A DNA stretch of 20,000 bases from Chiloscyllium plagiosum (taxonomy: Eukaryota). The position numbers were made by a program, and so were the translations under genes. The DNA is taken from assembly GCF_004010195.1 (NCBI RefSeq), contig NC_057718.1, positions 77,856,523-77,876,522 on the forward strand, given 5' to 3'. The notes beneath the pieces are model-generated. The model was not told the origin of the DNA, did no database searches, and saw only the letters and a list, made by a program, of their open reading frames with translations. Shown piece after piece: positions 9,062-18,429 of the stretch (positions are counted from its first letter, which is position 1; the number at the start of each line of letters is the position of its first letter).

Positions 9062-9847
9062 GGAGCTGTCGTCAAGATATCTGGTGTATAGAGTTGGTTG
9101 GAGGTCCTGTGCAGCAAGGAAGTCTTGTTAGAACTTGTGCATGAAAATGTTGGCATATTGGAATGCAAATTTGGTCCCCATGGATGTTCCGTGTATCTGG
9201 ATGAAGAACTCGTTCTAGATTAGAGTGGTACTGGAAAAGCACAGCAGGTCAGGCAGCATCCAAGGAGCAGGAAAATCCCTCGGATGCTGCCTGACCTGCT
9301 GTGCTTTTTCAGCACCACTCTAATCTAGACTCTGGTTTCCAGTATCTGCAGTCCTTGTTTTTACCACCTTGAAGAACTCGTTGTCAAAGGTGAAAATGTT
9401 GTGGTCGAGCATGAAGCGGATGAGTTGTAGGATGGTGCTCGGAGATTGGCAGTTGTTGGTTGTGAATACTGAGGCTGTTGCAGCGATGCCGTCATCGTGG
9501 GAGCTGCTGGTGTAGAGTGCTGAAATGTCCATTGTGACGAGGAATGTTCCCACTTCGACTAGACTGTGGGTGCTGCGTTTTTGTAAGAAATTTGTTGTGT
9601 TGCAACAGAAGCTGGGGGTCCCCTGTAAAATGGGTTTCAAGATGCCTTGGACATAACCAGAGAGGATCACACACAGGGCCCCATTGCCTGATATGATGGG
9701 ACGTCCAGGTGTGTTGACTTTGTGTATCTTCGGAAAGCAGTAGAAGTCACCTATGCAAGAAGTACATGGGATGAGAGCATGTAAGGAACTCTTTGGGACT
9801 GGATCAAACCTCATACCTTTAATGCATTGTCTGAGCTGAGATGTCAC
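9062..9847 (-). mobile_element. Penelope-like element reverse transcriptase fragment, interrupted at 9215-9369
   Basis: FYCFPKIHKVNTPGRPIISG, LVTMDISALYTS, NIFTFDNEFF; after removing the insert it continues IQIHGTSMGTKFAFQYANIFM..LYTRYLDD (RYLDD at 9068-9082). These are PLE-type RT motifs. Confidence 0.92.
9215..9369. mobile_element. Palindromic Penelope pLTR-derived mini-insertion, copy 3 (centre deleted)
   Basis: Arms about 9214-9265 and 9278-9329 are reverse complements. TSD TGAAGAACTCGTT at 9202-9214 and 9370-9382. Tail 9330-9369. No CTGATGA present. Confidence 0.92.
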
Positions 9848-10177
9848 TTTTTTAAATAAAATCTTAAATTATCGCAGAATGTGACTTAAAAGAAGTTCTG
9901 GGTTTTACATATTAATGAACCAAAACCTGCAACCCATTTGAAAAGATGAAAGACTTAACAACAATCTAGGTTTATTCAATATATCATTTCAGTTGCATGA
10001 CACTATAATCTTTTATTTAAATTCTGTGTCTTATGGTCCTGCTCCTTAACTACCTGATGAAGGAGCGGCACAACGAAAGCTAGTGCTTCCAAATAAACCT
10101 GTTGGACTATAACCTGATGTTGTGTGATTTTTAACTTTGTCCACCCCAGTCCAACATCGGCTCCTCCACATCATGGC
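9848..10177 (+). mobile_element. Penelope-like pLTR of a second family, inverted relative to the adjacent RT
   Basis: Contains CTGATGA..GAAAGCTA hammerhead motif followed by AATAAACCTGTTGGACTATAACCTG, recognised from memory as a shark PLE terminal repeat; directly abuts the truncated 5' end of the RT fragment. Confidence 0.75.
10051..10085 (+). ncRNA. Degenerate minimal hammerhead ribozyme
   Basis: tac-CTGATGA-A-GGAGCGGCACAAC-GAAA-G-CTA-gtg: both core boxes, palindromic AGCT stem III, CUA triplet, 3-bp stem I (UAC/GUG); stem II disrupted by mutations. Confidence 0.6.
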
Positions 10178-11062
10178 GGCCATTATGGACACAGGGTTAC
10201 ATGGAGATCAAAGCTGGGAAATATTTGCGACTTTTCAAAAGGAAGAAAAGGGTAGTGGTGATGGAATAGGTATGATAGTTCGAACTCTTGGATCAGAAGA
10301 TGCAGAATCCAAAACAATGGAAGTAAAAAATAAGAGGAAGAGATACTAGTGGAAGTAGTTTGTAGGTTCATTTACACTAGTTATACCATGGAATAGAGAA
10401 CAAATCAGAAGATAATGAGGGCAAGTAAAAAGGCAGTACATTAATCATGGGTGATTTTAATCTTAATGTAGACTTGGAAATTAAATTGGCAGAGGTAACT
10501 ATGAGGAAGTATTCATAAAACGTATTTAGGTTGTTGCAGAGAACAATGTGTTTTGAATCTAGCAGGGATCAGGCTATTTTGTATCTGGTAAGTGTAATGA
10601 GGTAAGTTTTTCATAGATTATATGAGAGCAAAAGATCTCCCTAGGAACCAGCAACCGAAATACAAAATAATAGTAAACAGGCGAAAGGGTGTTGGAGTTG
10701 GGGGGAGCAGGGGGAGAGAGAAATGGAGGGGAAGCAATATGTACAATAATTATCACTAAAGAAAAAAGTAACAGGCGGAACTAATGAGGCTAAGGGCTGT
10801 TAACTCACCTGAAGCTGATGGGCTGCGCCCTAAAATATTAAATGACGTAGCTATAGAGATAGCAGATGAACTGGTAATAATATTCCAAGAATCCTTAGAT
10901 TTGGCAAAATATGGTAGAATTTAGATTTCTGTTTTAGAAGGAGGAACTTGGGGTCAAGTGCAGCTATGCTAAAATTAAGTAATGGTAACTATAAAGAAAT
11001 GAAGGCAGTGTTGGCTGGAGTGGACTGGTAAAGCAGTTTAATAGAAAAGATGACAGATTAAG
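10178..11062 (+). mobile_element. CR1 ORF2 endonuclease region, decayed
   Basis: AIMDTGLHGDQSWEI (ITETWL-like), KGSGDG, LIMGDFNLNVD, QAILYLV.CNE, LGTSN (SDHN-like), MVEFRF. Confidence 0.8.
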
Positions 11063-14000
11063 AAGACCATAAGACCATAAGATATCAGAGCAGAAATTAG
11101 GCCATTCAGCCCATCAAGTCTGGTCTGCCATTCAATCAGGGCTAATAAGTTTCTCAACCCCATTCTCCCGCTTTCTCCGCATAACCCTCGATCCCCTTGA
11201 CAATCAACAACCTATCTATCTCTGTCTTAAGTATATTCAATGACTTGGCCAAACAGCCATCATTGCCACAGGGCAATGAATTCTATAGATTCACCACACC
11301 CTGGCTAAAGATGTTTCTCCTTATCTCTGTACTAAAAGGTCTTCTTTTTACTCTAAGGCTGTACCCTCAGGTCCTAGTGTCTCTGACCAATGGAAATATC
11401 TTCCCAACATCCATTTTGTCCAGGCCATTCAATATTCTATAAGTATCGATTATACATCCCCTTTATCCTTCTAAACTCCGTCAAGTATAAACCTAGAGTC
11501 CTCAAACTTTCCTCGTGCTAAGCTTTTCATTCCTGGGATCATTCTCGTGAACCTGTTCTGAACATGCTCCAGGGCCAATATATCCTTCCTGAGATATGGG
11601 GCCCAAAACTGCACACAATACTCCAAAAGCAGTCTGACCAGAGCCTTATAGAGCCTCAGAAGTACACGCTACTTTTATATTCAAGTCCTTTTAAAATAAA
11701 AGCCATCGTTGCATTTGCCTTCCTAACTGCTGACTCAACCTGCAAGTTTGCCTTGAGGGAATCCTGAACTAGAACACCCAAGTCTCTTTGCACTTCAGAC
11801 TTCTGAATTTTCTCCCCATTTAGAAAATAGTCCATGCCTCTATTCTTCCTACCAAAATGCATGACATCACACTTTCCTACATTGTACTCCATCTGCCACT
11901 CTTTGCCCATTCCCCTAACCTGTCCAAATCCTTCTGTAGCCTCTGCACCTCCTCAATGCCACTTGTTCCTCTACATATCTTTTCATCGTTTGCAAACTTA
12001 GCCAGAGTGCCCTCAGTTCCTTCATCTAGATTGTTAATGTATAAAGTGAAAAGGTTGGTCCCAACACTGAGCCTTGCGGAGCACCACTTGTCACTGGCTG
12101 CCATCCTGAGAAGGACCCTTTTATCCCCACTTGCTCCTTCCTACCAGATAGCCAAGCTTCTATCCATGCTAACACCTTGCTATAATACCATGGGTCCTTA
12201 TCTTACAGAGCAGCCTCCTGTGCAACACCTTGTCAAAGGCCTTCTTGAAGTCCAGACAGATAACATCCATTGGCTCTCCTTGGTTTTACATGCCATTATT
12301 TTCTCAAAGAATTCTAGCAGATTTGTCAAATCCTACCAAAGTTAGGCTAATCAGTCTGTAATTTTCCATTTTTGCCTTACTCCCTTTTTAAATAGTGGTG
12401 TCACATTAGTAATTTTCCAGTCCTCTGGGACCCTCCCTGATTCTAGCGATTCCTGAAGGATCACCACTAACACCTCCAATATCTCTTCAACTATCTCCCT
12501 TAGAACACTGGGGCATAGTTCATCTGATCCAGGCGATTTATCTACCTTCAGGCCATTCAGTTTTTCTAGCACCTTCTCCTTGGTGATGGCCACCATACTC
12601 AACTTGAAACACTTCACAATATTTTGGGATATTACTCATGTCTTTCAAGGTGAAGACTAATGCAAAGCAATTTTTTAGTTCCTCAGCCATTTCCTTGTTC
12701 CCTATTACTATCTCTCCAGCATCATTTTGCAGAGGTCCAATGTCCACTTTTGCCATTTATATATCTAAAGAAACTCTTTCAGTCTTCCTTTATATTACTG
12801 GCTAGCCTACCCTCACATTTAATCTTCTCCCTCCTTATTTCTTCTTTCATTCCCCTCTATTGGTCTTTGTAAGCTTCCCAATCCTTTGGTTTCCCACTAC
12901 ACTTCACCGCACTATCTGCTTTCTCTTTTGCTTTTATGCTATCCCTGACTTCCCTAGTCAGCCATGGCTGCCTCATCCTCCCTATACCAGGCTTCTTTTT
13001 CCTCAGGATGAACCTTTGCTGTGTCTCCTGTATTACTCCCAGAAACTCCTACCTTTACTGTTCCATTGTTTTTCCTGTAAGGCTCCTCTCCCAGTCAATT
13101 CTACGCAGCTCCTCCCTCATGTCTCTGTAGTTGCTTGTATTCAGCTGTAAAACCAATACCTTTAGTTCTATCTTTTCTCTCTCAAATTGCAGAGTAAATT
13201 CAATCATATTATGATCACCGCCTCCTGAAGCTCCCTTATCTCCTTAAGCTCCTGTATCAAGTCTGCCTCATTGCATAACACTAAATCCAGTATCGCCTAT
13301 TCCCTAGTGGACTCTACAATAAGCTGCTCCAAAAAGCATTCCACAACTTCCTTTTCTTGCAATCCACTACCAAACTGATTTTCCCTGTCCACCTGCATAT
13401 TGAAATCCCCCAAGATCACTGTGACTTTGCCTTTCCTACACATCTTTTCTAACTCCTGGTGTATTTTGCACCCTAGCTCCTGACTAGTATCTGATTCTAC
13501 TTCATTTCTTACTATTAATTTAATTTCATTTCTTACTAATAAGGCAAATCTACCCCTCTACCCACTTCCTTATCTTCTCAATAGGATGTAGATTCCCTTG
13601 CAGCCACGTCTCCATGATTCCCGCCTCGTCATACCTGCTAATTTGATCTGTGCCACAAGCTCATTTACCTTATTACTTATCCTGCATGCATTCCAATATA
13701 ACCGTCAGTCTTGTATTAACTGTCGCTCTTCTCATTGTCATTTGTTTGCCCAGTGTGCTTGAATTTTGATTGTTAACCCTTTACAAATATTCTGTCCTAC
13801 TTCTGTCTGTGCTGAAAACTTTAATAACTTCTCTTGAGCTATAGACTCATAGAGATGTACAGCATGGAAACAGACCCTTTGGTCCAACTCGTCCATGCCT
13901 ACCAGATATCCTAAATTTATCTAATCCCATTTGCCAACACTTTCCCATATCTCTCTAAAACTCTTCCTATTCACACACCCATCCAGGTGCCTTTTAAATG

Positions 14001-14340
14001 TTATAACTGTACCAGCCTCTACCACTTCCTCTGGCAGCTCATTCCATACACACACCACCCTTTGCATGAAAACGTTGCCCCTTAGGGACATCCTGTACTT
14101 CTGCACTCCCCCAACCCAGGGAGGCACTCCCCCAATCTTATCTATTTAATGTATCCATGGCCCTTGTGATTTTATAAACCTCCATAAGGTCACCCTTCAG
14201 CTTCCTCCTCCTTTAATTTGGGTTTTTTAATTTTCCCTAAAACTTAATCCTCCCCCCACCTATTTATTTTAACGCCCTGTCTATAGCCCTAGTTATGCGA
14301 TTCGCTAGGACTCTGGTCCCAGCACGGTTCAGATGAAGAC
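11063..14340 (-). mobile_element. CR1 LINE, ORF1 end through ORF2 to 3' tail (best preserved copy; internal deletions, frameshifts)
   Basis: (AAGACCAT)n reversed tail at 11063-11083; ORFs 11656-11910, 11877-12104 (FTLYINNLDEG..AKFANDEK), 12351-12617 (KSPGSDEL.P..PEDWKITNVTPLFKKG), 12538-12756; ILGDFNMQVD at about 13390-13417; ORF1 end LHLNRAGTRVLANRITRAIDRALK* at about 14265-14338. Confidence 0.93.
13841..14200 (-). mobile_element. HER1/CR1-like 3' fragment nested in the 11063-14340 element
   Basis: ORF 13921-14127 LRGNVFMQRVVCVWNELPEEVVEAGTVITFKRHLD; 3' UTR and tail match 6830-7016 in reverse. Confidence 0.9.
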
Positions 14341-14903
14341 AATGGCTGATGTTCAAGAAAATAGTTCATGACCTTTAATAAAGGCATGTCCCTATGAAGA
14401 AGAAAAATTCTAGAAAGGGGATAAAATAAACATCTTAACTGAATAAAGTAAGGATGGCATCAACTTCAAAGAAAAAAACATACAATTGGCAAAGATAAGT
14501 GGTAAGTCAAAGGATTGGGAAAGCTTTAAAAACAAACAAAGATGACCAAAGAAAGGGAGAAAATAAACTTCATGTGTAAATGAGTAAGTAACATAAAAAC
14601 AGACAGTAAGAGCTTTCATAATTATATAAAGAGGAAGAGACAATATAAGAATGTGAACATAGGCCACACTGACAATGAGGGTGGGTAAATAATAATGGCA
14701 GAGGAGTTGAGTAATTTATTTGCATTAGACTTTCAAGTAAAAGACACTAATAATATCATAGTAAATACTAAATAATATTCCAAAAATCCATAGATTCAGG
14801 AAAAGTCCCAAAAGATGGGAAATTGACAATGTAACACACTTATTCAAAAAGAGGAGACGAAAACACAAGTAATTATCAGCCAGTAAGCTCAACATCAGTC
14901 ATC
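14341..14903 (+). mobile_element. CR1 ORF2 linker and RT start, continuation of 10178-11062
   Basis: QWLMFKK, KTDSKSFHNYIKRKR, QKSIDSGKVPKD, NVTHLFKK, NYQPVSSTSV. Confidence 0.8.
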
Positions 14904-15204
14904 AAAACACAATCTTGACAACAAAGGACACTATCCACCACCGCTCTCCCCCAAATTATTGAATTGCTTAAAATCAAATTTGTTGTCTTCTGAAATTCAG
15001 TTTTTAAAAAAATTCTATTACTGGCTTGCTTAAGGCTTCTTAACTTTAAATGCATGCCCTCTGCTTCCCTGATGGGATTGAAACTCAGTGAGGACAGTAA
15101 AGCAAAACTAGTGAATGTTTGAATACTTTATTAATCTGCAGATACTTCCAAAATTCTGATACTAATAGATCTTAGTGCTTTATGTTAATAACAATGAGGT
15201 AAAA

Positions 15205-16730
15205 GCATAAGAACAGAAGACCAAAGAGCAGTAGTTGGCAATTCAGACCCTTGAGCCTATACCACCATTTGAAAAGAATGACTTTGATCTCATTTTGGCC
15301 TCAAATCCACTTTCCTGCCCACTCTCCAAGAGCCTTCAACCTAATACTAATCATAAATGTCTATCTTCTCCTTAAAGTTTGCTCAAAGTCCAAATATCTG
15401 CTGCACTCTAGGGAACTAAATTCCACAGATTCACAAACCTTTAAGAGAAGTAATTTCTCCTCATCTCTCTTTTAAATCTGCTACCTCTTATCTTAAAACT
15501 ATGACCTCTATTTCTAGATCAGCCCATATGAGGAAATATCCTTTCTATGTCTACTTTGTTAATCCCTTTTAGTGTCTTATATATCTCAACTAGATCTCCT
15601 CTCATTGTTCTTAACTCCAAAGATTATAGGCCTAAACCGCTCAATCTGTCTTCTTAAGACAAACCCCTCATCCCTGGGATCAATCTAGTGAACTGCTTCC
15701 AGTACAATTTCATACCTCAAGTAAGGAGACCAAAATTGTTTGCAATACTCCAGGGGCGGTCTCACTAATATCGTGTACAGTTGCAGCAACACTTACTTAC
15801 TTTTATACTTTATTCCTTTCACAATAATTGCTGAAATTCTATTTGCCTTCCTAAATGTATCTGCATATTGGTTTTCTGCAATTCATGCACAAGGAAACCC
15901 AGATCCCTCTGCATCAAAGCAATCTGAAGTTTGTCTACATTTAAATAGTTAAGTTGCCTTACAGTTCCTCTGACCAAAATGGATAACCTCACACATATTC
16001 ATTGCTAAATGTCATCTCCAACTTTTGGCCCATTTATCTAACCTATCCATATCTGTTTATAAATTTCTTATTTTGTCATTGCAACTTACTCTCCCATGTA
16101 TTTTAGTGTAATCAGCAAATCTAGATTCAATACTTTCTAACCCCAGTCATTAATATAGATTATAAATAGTTGGTGTCATCTTGCCAACCAGAAAAAAATG
16201 CAATTATGCCAACTCTTGCTTTCTGTTGATTAGCCAATCTGCTATGTAAGCTAATAAATTACCCCTAACCCCATGGGATCTTATCTTGTATTTTAACTTT
16301 TTGTGCCGCACATTATAAATTACCTTCTGGAAGCTAAGATATACTATATCTACAGGATTTCAATTATCCAATTGCTTGTTACACCCTTAAAGAACCCTCA
16401 CAAATCAGACAAACAGGATTTATCCTTCATAAAGCTGCATTGACTCTGATATTCCAAGTGTCCTGTTATTACTTCCTGAGTAAAGGACTCTAACAATTTA
16501 ATAATATGCATGTCAGACTGACTAATATGTATTACCTTACTTTCTGCCTCCTTCCTTTTTTAATAAGGGTGTTATATTAGCATTTTTCCAATTCACTGGA
16601 ACCTTTCCTGCGTCCAGGGATCTTTGGAATATTGTGGCCAATGAATCCACTATCTCTACTGCCACTTCCTCTAAGATGCTCCGGACTTGTCTGTCTTCAA
16701 TCCCAACGGTTTGTTCAGTACCTTTTCCCT
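15205..16730 (-). mobile_element. CR1 LINE 3' part (RT to tail)
   Basis: Reversed CATAAGAACAGAAG tail at about 15206; minus strand LYTILVRPPLEYCKQFWSPYLR, YLSFQKV, PGRRKGSSELENANITPLLKKG-like motifs. Confidence 0.85.
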
Positions 16731-17538
16731 AGTCATACAGTCATACAGCACAGGAACAGACCCTTTGGTCCAGCATTCCATGCCGAACATAATCCCAAAC
16801 TGAACCAGTCCCACTGCTTACTCCTGGCCCATATCTCTTCAAATTTTCCTATTCATGTACTTATCCAAATGTCTATTAAACATAATTGTTCCCAGATCCA
16901 CCACTTTCTCAGGAAGTTCATTCCACATGTGAACCACCTTCTGTGTAAAAATATTTGCCCTTCGTATCTTTTTCAAAACTCTCTCCTCTCACCTTAAAAA
17001 TGTGTCCCCTAGTCTTAAAATCCTCAATCCTAGGGAAAAGACAAGCATTATTAACTCTATCTATATCATTCATTATTTTATAAATTTCTATCTGATCACC
17101 TCTCAGCTTCCTACGAATCAGTGAAAAATGTCACAGCCTTTCTTAATAACGCAAACCTTCCATACCCAGCAAGATCCTGATAAATCTCTTCTGAACCCTC
17201 CAGCCTAATAATATATAATTGAGCAAGCAGAACTGAACACTGTACTCCAGAAGAGGCTTCATTAATGTCCTGCACAATCTCAATGTGACTTCCGACCTCC
17301 CATACTCAAAGGACTGAACAATGAAGGCAAGTATGCTAAATGCCTTTTTAATCACCTTGTCTGTATATGATGCAAATTTCAAAGAATTATATACTTGCAC
17401 CCTTTGGTCTCTGTGTTCTACAACACTACCCAAGGCACTGCCATCAATTGTATAAGCCCTATCCTTGTTTGTTGTACCAAAATGCAATACTTGCATTTAT
17501 CCAGATTGAACTCCATCAGCCTTTCTTCAGCTTATTGA
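16731..17538 (-). mobile_element. HER1/CR1-like 3' fragment nested in the previous element
   Basis: Reversed (AGTCATAC)n tail at about 16730-16748; ORF 17143-17496 QVLHFGTTNKDR..LCRTLMKPLLEYSVQF..RVQKRFIRIL. Confidence 0.88.
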
Positions 17539-17702
17539 AGTGGTGATGATTGTTCTAGGTTACTCCTTTTCTATAATTTCTGCATTACCTGCAACTATTG
17601 GATGGTACTAGTGTCCTCTACCATGAAAGGTAAAGTAAGGTATCCTAGGTACTAACTTCCCAGTCTCATTCTCCAAGGGACGAATATTCACTTCAGCTAC
17701 TG
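17539..17702 (-). mobile_element. CR1 ORF2 linker, continuation of 15205-16730
   Basis: AEVNIRPLENETGK (compare AKVDIGPLQNDAGE in ORF 12538-12756); sequence resumes the motif broken at 16730. Confidence 0.7.
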
Positions 17703-17704
17703 GA

Positions 17705-18425
17705 AAGTAGAACGGTATAGTACAGGAACAGGCCCTTTGGATTACCATGTCTCTGCTGGCTATGATGCCATTCAAAACTAATTCCATCTCCCTGCACAAG
17801 TCCATATCCCTCTGTTCTCTGCCTGTTCATGTTCCTGTTTAAATGCCTCTTAAACTTTGCTAATGTACCTGCTTCCCTGATACCACCTCCCAGATAGTGC
17901 ATTCCAGGCAACGCTCACCCATTGTATTAAAATAACTTTCCTCACACACCACCTCCGTTAAACCTAGTCCCTCTCACCTTAAACCTATGCTCACTAGTAC
18001 TTGATATTTCCACACTGGGAAAGAAACTCTGAACAACCACTGTATCTATGCTTCTCATAATTTTTTATATTGTGATCAGGTCACCCCGCTGCCTCCAACG
18101 TCTAGCAAAAACATTCCAAGCTTGTCCAACCTCTCCCTATATATAATACACTCCAATCCAGTCAACATCCTGCAAACCTCTTTTGAGCCATCTTGGAAGC
18201 CTTCACACCCTTCCTGTAGAGTGGGGAGCAGAACTGCACACAATCCTCCAAACATGGCTTGACCAAAGTCTTATGCAAAATGATTTGCCAATTTTTATTC
18301 TCAATGTTCTGACCAATGAAGGCAAGCATGCCATATGCCTTCTTTACCACCTTATCCATTTGTGCAGCCACTTTCAGTGAGCTGTGGACTTGCACCCCAA
18401 GATCCCTTTGTATATAAATGCTTCT
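17705..18425 (-). mobile_element. CR1-like LINE 3' fragment
   Basis: ORFs 18162-18395 (QVHSSLKVAAQMDKVVKKAYGMLAFI) and 17693-17911 (EAGTLAKFKRHL); 3' UTR ends in reverse at about 17705. Confidence 0.88.
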
Positions 18426-18429
18426 GATT

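Noticed and set aside
3470..9382. Recurring TGCTGCCTGACCTGCTG repeats as a CRISPR array or DNA-transposon MITE
   Set aside because: Copies are dispersed and inverted with no spacer array. Arms are asymmetric and TSD length varies (13-16 bp), unlike DDE transposons; the sequence is PLE pLTR-like.
9320..9847. 175-aa ORF as a telomerase-like or domesticated RT
   Set aside because: Truncated PLE RT, split by an insertion and with an in-frame stop before RYLDD.
11857..12345. 162-aa plus-strand ORF and similar ones (12860-13150, 16632-16997, 18660-19145)
   Set aside because: Antisense shadows of CR1 coding sequence on the opposite strand.
14103..14135. 12-bp direct repeat GCACTCCCCCAA x2 inside the HER1-like fragment
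   Set aside because: Likely a small repair-associated duplication at an internal deletion; no further structure.
14905..15204. Minus-strand acceptor-like pyrimidine tract ending near 15069
   Set aside because: No convincing donor and the frames close within about 22 codons; cannot be supported.
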